This document shows, piece by piece, positions 23,851 to 38,584 of a stretch of 64,000 nucleotides of DNA (position 1 is its first letter; each line of letters opens with the position of its first letter). The notes under the pieces are model-generated. The model had not been told where the DNA came from, did no database searches, and saw only the letters and a program-made list of their open reading frames with translations. This DNA is from the human T2T-CHM13v2.0 reference genome, Homo sapiens. The position numbers and the translations under genes were made by a program. Location of the stretch: the NCBI RefSeq assembly GCF_009914755.1, contig NC_060933.1, one strand, 5' to 3'.

Positions 23851-25126
23851 GCTTTTTTCATCTCTACTTCCAGCATGAATGGAGCCATTATGTCGGTCTT
23901 GGCTGACTGTAGAACCATTATCTGATGAGTGTACAGGGATAAACATAATTACAAAGTTATTTGATTATTTATTACTTATCAGAGTATACAAATGAAAACT
24001 CACAGTTATAATATTTAAGATGATCTCAGAAAATGTTTTCCTTATTGTTTAATAATACAAATAGGCATGAATCATCATCATTTTCTATTTTCTTATAGGG
24101 CCACAAAACATACAGCCAGATGTCATTTGTTCATTTCATCTGTGATGGCTCCTACCTTGGCTACAGTTTAATGTCATTGACAATATGATCTCATAATTTA
24201 TTATTTTCCTTAGGGTCTCTGTGCAGCAACCACATACTCAGGATATGAAGAAATATTTTAATATGTGAAAATCTGCATGATTTGTGATAGTGCTTCTGGA
24301 ATGTTCTCACTGGAAAAAGTTCAATTCTAGGGGAGCCCTTACTCTCTGTAAGGTAGACTGAAGCCTCTTATTTACATACTCTAATTGACAGACTTTTATC
24401 TGTATCAAAGGATTGAAGAGTTTGCATGGTATAAGCTAGTTTACTCAAAAATGAGCTTGGACATACTTTATATCATGAAGTGTGAGCTTTTGCTAAACTG
24501 ACTTGCCATTTCTAGGTGCTGGAAAAAAATCTCATGGGTATGCTGTATCTTCTGGGAACTAAGCCACTCTGAAATGAGAGCTAGTCATCTAGTTATTGTT
24601 GTTGAAGGAGAAATGACCTTTTTCTGAATTTGAAATCCCATCAAAAAACCCTGTACCTTTTTCATTTGGGGTGCTATCATTGGGTTAAAAAACCCATAAC
24701 CCCAACAGTACTATCATTGCAGCATACACAGTGGTGAGCAGACTGAAGAAGACTGAAACAACAGCAGTAGTGATTAGCTTATGACCACATGGAACTCAAC
24801 CAAGAACTCAATGGGAAAACATTTTCATCCGTTAAAAAACATACTGGTGTAATGAGATAGATTTGGAAGAGGCAGGATGTAAGTAATAATAATTACTGTC
24901 TTCTGAGATGGGCTGACACCTCTCTTGAAGAGCTTAATACATTTTTGCAGATTTCTTTCTTATTCTCTCTCAGGTAAGAAGAGGGTAGACATATTAATCT
25001 ATTTATGTAGTTTTAAACCAATTATTAATAGATGGTACCTGAGACAAAGTCAATAAATGGATACCCCAAGTTTCCACAGATGCAGAACTTAAATTTACTC
25101 CCAGTCAAAACCGGGAGGCAATCTTT

Positions 25127-25172
25127 ACTATTGCTGCTCCTGCTGCTGCTAATACTACTGCTACTACTACTA
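25127..25172. repeat. Imperfect (CTG/CTA)n trinucleotide tract
   Basis: ctattgctgctcctgctgctgctaatactactgctactactacta. Confidence 0.85.
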
Positions 25173-26109
25173 GAGAAGTGGGTACTGTGTATTCTGGTGT
25201 TTCTTCTTTGATCTGCTCTCAGGCAAGATCCAAGTCTGGTTCTGACATTTAATGCTGTTAAGTTGGTGGCTGAGCTTTTCTGGTAATAAAAACACTGACT
25301 GTCCATTTGTTTATAATGGCCATATCTGCTTGAATCTTCATTCATGCTTTCTAACTGGGATATTTGCAATTTCCTCCTGCCTTGGTATGTTTTTTTTCCT
25401 GAAGTTCTTCTTCTGGTTGGTGACACAGTCATGTTTCTGTGGAGTTTCAAAAATGGTCTTTAGCAAAAGCAATCTTCTTTTTTCTATTGTACCAGCAATT
25501 CAATCTTTCTCTTTAAGTCTCCCTACTAGCTCCCTGCTGCTTTGTAAATCAAGCTGTGATTTTCTGGGTTTATCAGCCTCTCTATCATGGGGTTTAAATT
25601 TGCTATTAAAGATTTTTTTAAAACTGATGCCAAAAGTCACCTTCACTCCAAAAGTGGGGGACCAGAAATAAGTATAAAGCAACATCCACCGTTGGTACGG
25701 GCACAGATAGGTGTATGGGATGGGTACGGGAAGTTGCCTACAGCATTTTTTCCTTTACATACAGTTTTCAAGAGGCTAACAATGTCTATAGGCTCTGTAG
25801 ATATCATTTTATACTGATGATGCTAATGCTAACAAGTCTTGTTTGTTTTTATAGCCAGAGAATATGGTTTTAAGAAATAAAACTAGCGAATATGACCTTT
25901 AGCCGTATTTTTCACAAGAGCAGAAATTATGATGATAATGATAAGATTACGTGAAATCCTATGAGTATATTAGGAAAGGCATGAGCAATGTTTTCACTTC
26001 AAGATAATGAAAAATGTGCCATATGTATAATAACATGTAATTTAGCAAAATGTGTATGTTGAATTATTAGCCTCACGTCTTCATTCCTCTGTAATAGTAT
26101 AATCTTATG

Positions 26110-26455
26110 CTAGGTGGGGTGTATGTCCCCTGTTTTTGAGTTGAAGATTGGTCAATGAATATTACTTTGACCAATAAGATTTTAGTGGACATGATGCAAA
26201 CAAAGACTTGAAATGTACTTGCACAGCTGGGCTTTGTTTCTTGAGCCCCTCCCTTGCATTCAAAGAACATTCTTTGGATAGCTGCTAGTCCAAGGACCCT
26301 GAGAGACATGTAAATAGACCTGGACCCAACTGCAGCTTAGATCCAAGTCAAACTGACCTTAGTGGACAACGGGCTGGTAAGCAAGAAATAAATGCTGTTT
26401 TACATCCCCAATATTTTGTGGTTCTCTATTATGCAGCAAAGTGACTGATCTACAT
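26110..26455 (+). mobile_element. Old MaLR LTR (MLT1I/J-like)
   Basis: tttgaccaataagattttagtggacatgatgc...aagaaataaatgctgtt...ttatgcagcaa...tgactgat. Confidence 0.6.
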
Positions 26456-28228
26456 GTGTAAATCTATGGGGAAAAGCTTTAATTAGATGCATTCTGTTCA
26501 CTTTCAGGAGAAATAGTCCAAAGATAAATCAGAGACTTGGGGGTTAAGAAAAAATCTTCATATCATTCTATGACATATTCTAGATGGCCCATGTGCAGTC
26601 CAAGCACTTATATTTATATCTATAACCTTATACAGTGCAGATTCATGATCTTTGTATGACCCAACACAGTGGAGATCTTGAACCATCAAGAAATGAACAT
26701 TCTCAGCATGTTGTATTTATTAAGAATAATTCCATACATTCATATAGTGCCTAGAGTAAGTGGTATTTAGCTTAGAATAAACACATCCAGTCACAAGATA
26801 ATCTTAAAATGAAAATCCTTTATTTGTATCTTTCAAATAGCACAAAGAAAAATACATGTATCACAGTAATTTAAAAATATTTTTCCTCTTTCTCTCATGC
26901 ATTTTCTTTACTCATTACAACTGCTTTTACATTTTTTTTTTCATTCTAAACTTTACTTATAATCTTCAAACCTTTCCCTGTTTAAAGATTTCCCTAGCCG
27001 TAGCCTGTGGCCTCCCAGTCTTTCTCTGTCTCTAGCTTTCTTCCTGATTCTGCATAACAAACCTCAGGAGAATGGATTGAATTCAGTTGACAGGAGACTG
27101 AGGACTTCAAGCCAGGATCTTCTTTAGTATCTTGGGTTAGGATGGAGGCTGAGAACACGCATAATTTAATAACTGTTGACACATCACTTGTGGAGACTAA
27201 ATCAGCTCTGTGTTAGGAAGATGATAGATGTTTGGTATAGAACTCAGAAATAAATAAAAAGGTCCCTGCTTGGAAGCCTCACTAGTGCTGGAAAATTTTA
27301 TCATTCCAACAGGAATAAAGGAATAAGGTTTGAAATGGAAGAAACATTCTTAATTGCAATTGGGTTCTTTGTATGGATGTCAAACATAAAAGAATCAATG
27401 AAAAAAAATGGTAGCTAGTCGAATATTACAGCATAGGCCAGAAATCATAAATTAGAATAATAGGATAAAATAGAAACAAAATGTACCATTAATAAAAGTA
27501 TGCATAAATAAATATATATTTTCTATTTGTCATAGTAAATATAGTGGTTTTGAAATTATATAGTCCCCAAGTGGATGGCCTTTTTGGTTGCAAAAATGCC
27601 ACTTTACTTCTCTGTAACTAAAATTTAATTTACCTTTCAAATGTCCATTTCTACTGATGATGGAAAACTTAAATATATAAGTGTAAAGACATTTAGTCTG
27701 TTTGGATTAAACAAATTCCTTTAGGGTTCTTTCACTCTCATTTTCCTTCATCTTTTCTGCAGTATGGAAGTGGGTTTATGAATTGTCCTTGTGTGGAAGG
27801 AAGGGAGTTGACTTTGTTGAGGTTTCTTTGTTTGCTATGGTGACTCCTGATGTGGGCCTGCACCTTCTGTTGAAACCTTAAGTACTGTATCCCCCCTATT
27901 CCAACTCCTGACTTCTCTGGGCCATTGGCTCTTTCAGTCACTTTTGCATCTCTCTAAGGGAGTGATGAGAATTTTCTGAGACTCATCCATTCCACACTGG
28001 GTAGTGTGAAACTTGAGGAAGTTGATCTTAGGCCTCAATCTAGGTGCTTCCTTGGGCCACTGTTCTAATGCTTAGGGGATTTGTGGACTTGAGGTTTCCC
28101 TACAAGGCTTTCAATCTTAAAAGCTGTGCTCTAAGTTGCTGGAGAAGAGTTCTTTCTGATGTGGGATTCTCTTAGCCTAATTGAGTATTTATGTAGTCCA
28201 TCTGTTTCCCCCTTGAAAATTTCAACCC

Positions 28229-28846
28229 TGTAGTAGTTTTCTATTAATTGTAATAAAAAATTACTTTAACTTTAGCAGCTTAAATTAACACACATATATT
28301 ACCTTATAGTTTCCATGGGTCAGGAGTCCAGGTACAGTTTACTTGGGTACTCTTCTCAGGGGGTTACCAATCAATCTGTTGGCTAGGATGTATTCTCACC
28401 TGGAGGCTCAACTGGGGAAGAATCTACTTTGAAGTTCATTCAGGTTGTTGGCAGGATGAAGTTCCTTGGTACTGTAAAAATGAGGGCCTTAGATTTTTGT
28501 TGACTGTTGGTTGCTGGCTGTCCTCAGGTCCTAGAGACCAGCAGTAGTTTCTAGACGCCACCTGGAGTTCCTTTCCATGTGGACTTTTCCAATATGGCCA
28601 CTTATTTCATTAATCCCTCAAGGAGAGTCTCTATTAAGACACAGTCCTTATGTAATACATAATATAACCTAATCACAGGAGAGATATCTTACCACCTTTG
28701 CTGTAAAATGTTAATCACAGGAGTGACATCCTGTTAACTTGCTATATTCTATTGGTTAGAACCAAGTCACGGGACCTGCCTTCTCTCAAGGGCATGGACA
28801 CAAGACGTGGGGATTATGGGATCCATCCTGAAGTCTATTCACCACA
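28229..28846 (-). mobile_element. MLT1E/F-like MaLR LTR
   Basis: tagtttccatgggtcaggagtccagg, tcattcaggttgttggcagg, attctattggttagaaccaagtcac, and ...accaca end. Confidence 0.75.
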
Positions 28847-31800
28847 AAACCCAAAATGAGTTGGAGAGCTGAGCACAGTTGGAGGCCCACTGCAGAAAAT
28901 GTATAGTCATACCCCCTCTAATTCTCCCTTTCCTGTTAACTGGTAATGCTTTTCTTCCCTCAGCTAACTCCTAAATCATCATGTAAACTTTTTTCAATCC
29001 ATCTGTGAAAAAAATTTACAATCTTTCCAGGGGTTGGGTTCTAGATCTTTTAAGGTTTGTAGAATTCCAAAACAAATACAACAGCAAAACTTTTCTGTGT
29101 CAAGCCTGGCTCTTTAAAACATGGGCTTCAATAGTGATCACTTTTGCTGTAATTTTGCAAAAGTATACTCAGAAGCTAAAATGTCAGTGGTATGATTTTA
29201 TCCTCCTTGTTCTCTCTTAAATAATAAAACTTATCTCCATCTAGTTTTAATGGTGGAATGGTTGCATAACTAAAAACAAATTGATTATCGAGAGGGGAAA
29301 ATATATCAGGTGTTATTTGAAAGTATAGTTCTTGCCCATTAGGCATAATAACAGTGGGGAAAGTTATTACCATTTAATGACTGCTTCTTGGAAGCTTACA
29401 TGTCAACACTGAGAAAACTCACTTTCTACCTAATATGCTTCAGTGAGATTAAGGAGCTGTATACAATCACATAAAAACATTAAAATATATAGTTCAGAGT
29501 TACATGGTTGGTGCTTTGAAAAAATAGGAATACTCCCATGCTGATAACAAAATCAAGCTATCAACCCATGTGAATGGCCCCACAACTATTGATCCTTTTT
29601 GATAAAATTACCCTATTCATGATAATTAATACAAAAAAAGAAAAAAAAAGCAAAACTAAAATGTGTATATAGAAAGATATTTATAACAGCACAATTCAAA
29701 TATTGTAAAAAACTGGAAAACAATATAAATATTTAATGATAGGGGAATAATTATTTATGGCATATTAGTTCTGTGTAATTTCACCCAGTCAGTTTAAATG
29801 ATAAGTATAAAAATTTTAGTTTTTTTGTAAATCACCTTGGAAAAAAATTAAGTATGAATTGCATATACTTTGATTATAATTCTGTATGTCAACTCTTCAT
29901 TTACACATGGAGGTCAGAAAAATATTAATATAAAAATAATGGTTATCATTTTTAAAAATTAGTAGTACCACATTTACACAATTTAAAATGAAACAGTGAC
30001 ATGCAAATTAAAGTGTAGCTAATCTAGCAAATAGTTACCCAGCTACTTCTCATATTTAAAACATATTTAGGAACTAGAAAATAAACAAATATATGTCAAA
30101 TGAGCCAAAAAATACATTGGAGTGTCGATGCTCTGAAGTTCACACATTTTATTTGTAGAAGAACACATCCAACTTTCACTCAGAGCATTCTAACAAACAT
30201 GATTCCTATGCCATAGGAGATGAAACAATATAATCAAAAGGGAGGGAGCAAACCTCAGAAATATAATAATAAGATCTATACATTATCTTATACTATATAA
30301 AATGCATTCACATGAAATATTTCCTTTCATTCATACAAAAACTTTGAGTTGTTTTTATTGTGCTCATCTCCAGAAGAATACATGTGGTTAAGTATCTTTG
30401 CCCCAGATCATACAACTTAAATACAGGTGTTCTAAGTTTGAATTAATCTCTTTACTTTCACTGTATCTTCTAGCTTGCAAATTGAATAAACGGTTTATTA
30501 TATGTTCACTTTGGGATTTGAAATTGTTTTAAGAAAAAATAACCGTAATGGACATTTGTATAGAAATTGATTTCTTTCTTTTAGAATATCCTTGCCACTC
30601 TGTGTCTTCACAGTTCTTTTAGTTTACATGGTTCTCATTCCAATCATGGCATAAAAAAGTTGGCAAAACTGAGATTTTTCACATAAAAGTGCCAGTTTTC
30701 ATGCCAGAAAAGCTCAATAAGTGGAAACATCTGGAATTTTACTTGGTGCTGCTTTATATCATGGATTTTACAAAGAAGACAAGGCTTGCAAAAATGGACA
30801 TCAAAAGCTTCTGTCATGAGAAAAGACTTCTGTGATCTATATTAACCTGGGTCAAATGGCACTCCTTTGAAGTGAGCTCGAGGCATCGCATTATTCCTTC
30901 TCATGCTGTCTTTTGGCTTCATGGGGTACTTAATGTTTTCCAAGGTTCTTTTGGCCAGGTTAATTGGTATTTTCTAGGTTATCCAGAACCCACAAAAGGT
31001 CTGCTTAGGGAAATAATTTGGTGCTGTTAATTTTTTTCAGCACACACAAGTGCACACGGTCACACGCACCACACATCCTTGGCATTTACTATCTTAATGC
31101 ATTGTACTGCATTTCTGATATGTCTTTGTTTTAATAAGCTAAACTTTAATTCCAAGAAAGCAGGTCTGATTGTATGCCTAAAGAGATAATGGGATCCACT
31201 GTTCCTTAGATGATAAGTAAAGCTTTAACTCTTTGGTACCTCTCCAAACTGGTGTATGATACTAAACAGATGTGCAATAATTAATGGCAAATTCAGACCT
31301 TCTTGCTTGCAGAAGACTATGTGATAACTGAATATGCCATATTTTACTTACTTTCTGGAAATTAGAAAAATAGATATACCACATACTTGGAATGATGAAT
31401 GAATAGGTACATGCACCACTAGGGTTTCCAGTTCTGGTCTTTTTTCCCACCCGTCATCGCAATCTGCAAGAATATAAAACTGATTCATAACAAAAACAAA
31501 ACAATAAGAACAACAACAAAACAAGAACCCACACCAACAAACAAACAAGCACCTGGTAAAAGCTACTGGGGTCAGGGCCTACAGATGTTGACAATCTCTC
31601 ATCCTTGTCTTCTCTTTTGTGATACACTGATGAACATAAGACTATGGCCAAATAGACAACTAAGCCACAGCTGGGACCCAAACAGGTTGAAATGTTCTAA
31701 TACATATATACTTCTTTGTGTTAAGGTGACAAGTGCTAGGTAATGTTACTGGTACTTTTGGCAAATTTAGAACAAGAAAGTTCACTCATGTGATGTGCAG

Positions 31801-34781
31801 AGGGAAAGGAATGGGTCATATATCAACATTAGGCCCTACCCCTAGCATATGGGTAAGAGAGAAGGCTCACATTTTTGAATGGATCAAACTTCTGAACTCC
31901 TGAATTGTCAAATGGCACTGAGCGTGCACTTAATTAATATTAGCTATTATTATCACTAACTGAAAATAGAAACTTGATACCATAAAATCTCCTTCCCCAA
32001 AAGAGAACTCTGAAAAGTATAGCGCTTCAGTGTATAGGCAAATTGTATTATACAACTCAAAAGTCTTTGAGATCATTGCTGCATTTCAATAGAGTGTGAT
32101 AGAGGGTAAAGATCAGTTTACTTTCCCTTTCAATTAGATTGAATCACTACAAGTCTGCACATTTGGATTGCATTAGTTCATTCTCTTGAAGAATTGCACA
32201 TCATAAATTATAGTTAAGGTTACATATGTCTTATGACAAAATATGTTAAAGCATTTGCTGGAAATGAGGTTGAAGATTTTCTCTATTATCTAACTTAGTG
32301 TGCTAATACAAAATTTTCTGTGAGCAATTCTCTTAGAAATAATTTATTTAAAAACCTCGGCTTCCTTTTAAGAACTATAATACTCCCTCCTTTCTGAAAA
32401 AAAAATGAGCAATATAATTGGTTCTGATTACCTGTTTCACTATCTTTACCAGGAAGCTCAGGGCCAACTTAGAAATTCAGGTAAACCAAATATATTGACA
32501 CTATTTTTTTTCTTTTTTCTCTTTGGTATTAATTTCTCGATTTTGTGTTTTATATTCTTGTATATTCTGCTACTGCATTTCATGCTTCCCCAATCCCTCC
32601 CCCTTTTTCTAACTGCCAGCTGCCTCAAGTCCTTTATGGAAAGGAGTAAACAGAAATTCAGTCAATCATTATATCAATTCCATGCTGTGTATTCTCTTAG
32701 CATTAAGAAGTGTGCAAATAACACATTATGCATTTATCTAAATTTATTAAATCTGGGGAGGAAAATAATCAGAATGCAAACAAAGAACTTTTAGATGTTA
32801 AACTGCTAAGATTGAAAGGATTTTGGAGGTCACCTAGTTACATTTTCAATCTGACTCTTAGCTTTTGCATTCTCATTGGCATCGTATTTTCTAAAGATTT
32901 TGCAGAGCTTGGAGTATAATTACATTTTTTATATCTTGTGATAAATAAGCATGTTAAAAACAGGCTCACTGAAATTAAGATAGAAATGTTCAATAATGAT
33001 AATGTACATCACAGCAAATCAAATCATTTTAACTAAAAGTATTTTAATCTCTTTTATTTTTCCCATAATTTATACACTTGTAAATATCCTAAGGTTCATT
33101 TAAACCACTTGTTTCTAAGTACTTTTTATTTATCTAAGTGCTGGTAGATAAGAGTTATTTACTGTCTAAAAATAACATCTAATTTGTGCCTTTGTAAGCT
33201 TTTCTAAGATTATCAACTGAAAAAATGTACAGCAATTTATTTCATTATTATTTGAATTTGGGCCAGAGTTCAAAATATAGTAAGCTTAAAAACTTATAAA
33301 CTTGGCAAACAATCCCAAGAAAAATGACCTGTACATGCTTAGCTGAAAAGGATAGCAAAAGTTCATGGTGGTTTTTAAGTTACTTACGTCCCACCTCCCC
33401 TGCTACCCAGTCAGGTTGCAGACAATATAGGAAGATTGTTTAGCAGCCCTGGAAAACCTGACTGAGAAACTGGGGACATCTGAATCATAAAAGTAGCTGC
33501 CAGTGAAAATAAAACTGCTAGTTATGGTTGGTTCTGTGTAGAAATGGGCAGTCATCACAGCTGGGTTTACTGGACTGTGTTGAGACTGTTAGTTGCTGTT
33601 GTAGAATCTTGCCCTTTGAATCATCCAATTCCTGATTCGGTGAGCCTTGTCAGATGAATTGCCTTGTGGAAAAAGTTCATTCTAAGAAATCCTGAGTAAT
33701 ATGTAAATGGTTGTGACATTCCCTTCCTCTGATAAAGAAATGCAGAAAGGCTTCACTTATTTATTTTAGGTAGACTTAAACTATTCCTTCAGAGAGCTTC
33801 CGCGGGGTGCTTAGAGAAGAAATCTTTAGATGTGAGAACTCTCTGCAAAATGTCCCTTGTGTCTCCCAACTTAAATTTATAACAGCACCAAAAATAGGCT
33901 GAGGGATACCGCAAGTGGAAGACCATGGGCATTTCTTCATGGACAAATGTCTGCTGCGTTTTCTGTGAAAGTGCATCTTGAGATGACAGCTTGTGTTTGC
34001 TCTTTTCTTTCTCTTGGTTTGTTATTTGTTAGTATCGCTTCAGCACATCACATGTTCAGTTAGCCAATTAGTGTAAAATTATTTTATTACCATATGAGGA
34101 AGTGTTTGGATACAGATAAAAATACACAGGTTTTTTATTTTCTGAATAACATCGATACAAGATCAGTCAAAAATTAATATTCCAATCAGACTTGATCAAT
34201 TTTCAGGTGAAACTATATCACTTGCCAGAGCATGTGTTGACCCACATAAATCTTCAGCCGTAATTAAGAGTAGATCATTGTGTTTTTATACTCAGGCATT
34301 GAAGAATGATGATTTTTTTTTCTTTTTTCTTTGTGTTAATTCCACTAGCCTATATTTAACTCTTTGTATAACCTGCAGCAATTGTAGCAGGTTACAACTG
34401 TTCTATGATCTGCTAAACACAGGTCACAGAAGCTCAACTTGGCCAACCCAGATTATATAAAATTACCGCCTAAATTGGGCTCCATCAAGGACTAATCTGA
34501 GATGGAGATTCTGTTTTTACAGTACAATTTAGGAAAATTACATGATTTACTAACTGTGTTAATAACACAAAGTTGAGTTTTTAAGTTATGAGAGCTAATA
34601 TTTGTGCATACATCAAATCAAGATTACTTTGAAGATGATGCTCCAATTTAGGCACCAAACTTAATAAACAAATGTAAAGACATATTAAATTGCATAAAAT
34701 TTTACACTACCTTGGAAACTAATTTTTGCATGCTTTCGTTTATTTATTTATTTTTATTATAGTAGATGAATTGATACTATA

Positions 34782-35200
34782 TGTGTTAGTCCACTTTGTG
34801 TTGTTATAAAGGAATATTTGAAGCTAGGTAATTTATAAAGAAAAGAGGTTTATTTGGCTTATAATTCTTCAGGCTGTATAAGCAGGGCACCTCACCTGCT
34901 TGGCTGCTGGTGAGGCCTCAGCAAGCTTACAATCATGGTGGAAGGCAAAGGGGGAACCGGTGTATCACATGGTAAGAGAGGGAGCAAGAGAGAGGGAGGA
35001 GGTGCCTGGCTTTTTAAACAACTAGTTCTCAGATGAACTAACAGAATGAAAATGCACTGATCAGCAAGTGGAACGGCACCAAACCATTCACAAAGGATCC
35101 ATCCCCATGACCGAAACACCTCCCACTAAGCCCCATCTCCAACACTGGGGATCACATTTCAACATGAGATTTGGAGGGGACAAACATCCAAACTATATCA
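34782..35200 (-). mobile_element. MSTB-type MaLR solo LTR
   Basis: tgtgttagtcc...ggtaatttataaagaaaagaggttta...cttacaatcatggtggaaggc...caacatgagatttggagggg...aaactatatca. Near-TSD ctata/ttata. Confidence 0.9.
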
Positions 35201-35496
35201 TTATACTGTCAAAGTAATTTTGTATACTTTTGTTATCAGCTTTTCAATGAAAAATTTATGACCACGTCAATATTGGAATATGAGGGTAGAGAGACATGTG
35301 TGTTAGGAAAGGTGTTTGGGTAGAAATGTAACAGGCTAGGTATAAAAGATGAGGTCAGTAAAAGAGTTGGTCTATCACAGAAGAGTCCCACTCTCCTTAG
35401 TCTGTAAGAGATCTGGAATACAGTTCTCTGTGAGAAACCATGCATTTATGGAGTTCCTTATGGCTTCAGGAAGCTGTGAGACACTGTATGTTATTC

Positions 35497-35895
35497 TGTT
35501 ACAGTTTTAGGTCTGGTTCTCCAAAAATAAACTCTGATATGGAGATTTGCCTGAGGGAAGTTTACTGGGAAGTGTGCTCAGAAGCAGCACCTGTTGGGGT
35601 TGAGGGAAGCAGGATTAGGCAGAGGGAGAAGCTGATGCAGGTGCAACAGAAGCCTCAGCAGATCCCACAGGGAGCTCTGCAAAAGGACAGGCCATTAAGA
35701 GTTGGCCCAAATTGAGGCAAGTGGATAGGCCCTTTGCTCTTCCCCACAACCATTCCTATCAAGCAGACACGGGAAAAGGGCTGTCTTGTGAGAGAGGGTG
35801 TGAGCCTTGGGCAACTTTGATCCCTTTATCAGAGGCCATTTCTCAGAGTGTGACTTGGTCATGAGTTATCAGCCATTAACATTCCTGATAGCTGG
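35497..35895 (-). mobile_element. Old ERVL LTR (LTR16/LTR33-like), continuing at about 36705-36765
   Basis: ggagatttgc...gaagtttactggg...agggaagcaggattaggcagagggagaag motif. Confidence 0.6.
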
Positions 35896-36703
35896 TGTAG
35901 TGGTGAATTATATGTGTCAACTTGACTGGATCATTGGTTGCCCAGATATTTGGCTAAGCATTACTTCCCGGTGTGTCTGTGAGAGTGTTTCTGAATTATA
36001 ATAGCATCAAATCTGTAGACTGGGTAAGGCAGATTGCCCTCCCCTGTATGGGTGGGCATCATCCAATGTGTTGAGGACATGAATAGAACAAAAAGGCAGA
36101 GGAAGGGAAAATTTGCTCCCTGTTTGACTACTTGAGCTTCTCCTGCCCTCAGACATGAGATCTTTGTTCTTCTGATACTTAGGACTTTGAACTTGGGCTG
36201 AACTACATCACTTACTTTCCTGGGTATCCAGTTTGCAGACAGCAAATTTTGAGACTGCTCAGACTCCGTAGTCATGTGAATCAATTCCTCATAATAAATA
36301 TAGATGCTCCTAAACTTACAGTGGGGTTATGTCCTCATAAACTCATCATAAGTTGAAAATATTGTAAGTTGAAAATGCATTTTATACACCCAAGGTACCA
36401 AACATCATAGCTTAGCCTAGCCTATCTTAAACATCCTCAGAACACCTACATTAGCTTATAGTTTGGCAAAATCATCTAACACAAAGCCTGTTTTATACTA
36501 AAATGTTAAATATCTAATTCAATTTATTGAATATTATACTAAAAGTAAAAAACAGAATTGTTGTATAGGTACTCCAAGTATGGTTTCTACTGAATGCATA
36601 TCACTTTCACACCATAAAGTTGAAAAATCATGAAGTTGAACCATGGTAAGTTGGTTCCATTTCTGTATATCCTATTAGTTCTGTTTCTTTGGAGACTAGC
36701 ACA
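35896..36703 (+). mobile_element. MLT2 (ERVL) LTR interrupted by MER47A
   Basis: tgtagtggtgaattatatgtgtcaacttgactgg...gtgggcatcatccaat...caattcctcataataaa, resuming with tatcctattagttctgtttct. Confidence 0.85.
36301..36665 (+). mobile_element. MER47A-like TcMar-Tigger DNA transposon
   Basis: (c/t)agatgctcc...acttac start, catcatagcttagcctagcct core, gtaagttgg...tctg end, flanked by TA dinucleotides. Confidence 0.85.
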
Positions 36704-36949
36704 CTGGGATCATGAGGTCTCTGTTTTGAAGGAGGACTAGGATGGCCTGACCACAGCATTCCCTGTGGTTACCATGTCTTGTAGAATACAGAGCACACAA
36801 TTATTATATTATTATTGCTATTTATTAATGATCAGAGCTAACACCTTGACCTGTTTATGCATTTAATTGAGACATATTTATGCATGGAGCACTGTGCCTA
36901 ATGCTCTATGAAGCTAGCCACTTTAAGCATGATCACCGTGTGAGGCAAT

Positions 36950-37275
36950 AGAAAGAACTGGTTATAAACTCAGGATTTGGAGTCAAAGTGCCTGGGTAAA
37001 AAATAGCAGCATAGCTTCCTGATTCTTAGGTGTGCAACCCTGAACAAGATCCTTAAACTTAGAGACACTATCTACAGAGTATCTGGAAATGTTAAATGAG
37101 CTTAATAGTAAAAAGCATTTATGATGGAATAACACACAAACTATCATATAATTTATACTTAAATACTAGTTATAATTATTGTCTCATCCACTTTACAGAT
37201 GAGGAAACTGAGGCTTGTAGAGGTCAGTCAAATGCTGAGACACATTGACTCAGGCAAATTGACTATTGAGTTCAC
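36950..37275. mobile_element. Two MIR fragments in opposite orientations
   Basis: ggatttggagtcaaagtgcctggg (plus) and tttacagatgaggaaactgaggct (minus). Confidence 0.6.
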
Positions 37276-38269
37276 TCTCTTGCCTTTTTTGAACATTATC
37301 TGTAATAAAGTTCTATGTGTATTTGATATGTAGAGGTCCAGGAAATCAAATAGATTGTGTTCTCCATGACTTCTCAATGAGTTAATCAAACTTAGTGAAG
37401 ATTAGCTCCATAAAATATTATGGGTTCTTCTGACATTGCAGCATGATTCTAACTTTAAAAGAGAACATTCTTTTCATTCTATTCATTCATTATCCAATGA
37501 AAACTTTTGAGTTGGGCTATTGTGTTCCATCTATTTTCTTGGACTTCAAAATAAAGTGATCATCAGGGCAGTCGTTGTTCCTGCACTTGTAAACTTATGA
37601 TCAAATAAGAAAAGTGTGTTAAATTTTATAAAAGAGAAACATAAACTATGTGAATATAAAAGGAAAAGTGAGTTTCAAATTTAGGTAATACTTAAGTACC
37701 TACTAAAGTTATGGCCAAAACTGCCACTCCAGCACTCATAATCTACATGAATCATTAATGGTGATCCTACTTCCCCTGACTCTTAATGTGGCCTCATAGA
37801 ATATAGTAGAAACATTAAAATGTAAAAATTTAGTAATACAAGCAAGCCATCTCACTCAATGGCTATATGCCCTGAAGAGAGCATGAAATGGGAGATATTA
37901 CTTTGCTGTTCAGTCAGTTGATTTCAGTTTCCATTTACTTCTTATGATATGTACAGTTTATTGAGCTGGGTATAATTCTTATGTTAAAGATACTTACTTT
38001 TCCAAAACATGGCCTTTCAACATGAACTATTTTATCTGTGGTGAATTGAAGAAATAGCAATCTTTTCAAATCCTGGAGGAAGATTTCTGGTGTTGATCTT
38101 ATTGGTCTCCAATGTAGCATAGAATACAACCATGCATGGTACTTCATCCATGATTAAAGGGATTTTTAGTTTTAGTTTTGATTATATCCAATTTTTGCTT
38201 TATGTGCTCACTTTAGAACTTAACCTCCAAATAAGATGTAACTCCATAGAGTATTTTCCTTATCTGAAT

Positions 38270-38475
38270 GGACCCCAGAGCCAGGTAAACTTGGGCTGAA
38301 ATCACAGTACTCTCATAACTGGCTGTGTGATTGGGAGAATTCAATTAACTTTTCTATGCTTCATTTTCCTCCTCTGTAAAATGGGGATAATCTTACAATA
38401 CAGAGTTGTTGAAGATTAAATGAAAACATATGCAAAGCCCTTAGCACAGAATTTTATTGAGCAATAGTAGTCTAT
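38270..38475 (+). mobile_element. MIR SINE
   Basis: ggctgtgtga...ttttcctcctctgtaaaatggggataa...gaagattaaatga. Confidence 0.8.
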
Positions 38476-38584
38476 TAAGAAAAGTCCTTGCCAAACATAG
38501 AACTCTAGAGAGTCAGAGTTGGCACAGCAGCTAAAACTTACTTTGTGCTGACATGTGTATTAGGAGCCAGTAAAACATTGAAGG

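Noticed and set aside
25025-25671. Overlapping 141-aa and 139-aa ORFs, possible pseudogene
   Set aside because: No recognisable homology. The poly-Ser derives from a trinucleotide tract, and there are no poly-A/TSD hallmarks.
32405-32794. 129-aa ORF with hydrophobic stretch
   Set aside because: The Phe/Leu/Ile run arises from T-rich low-complexity DNA. No homology, promoter or splice support.
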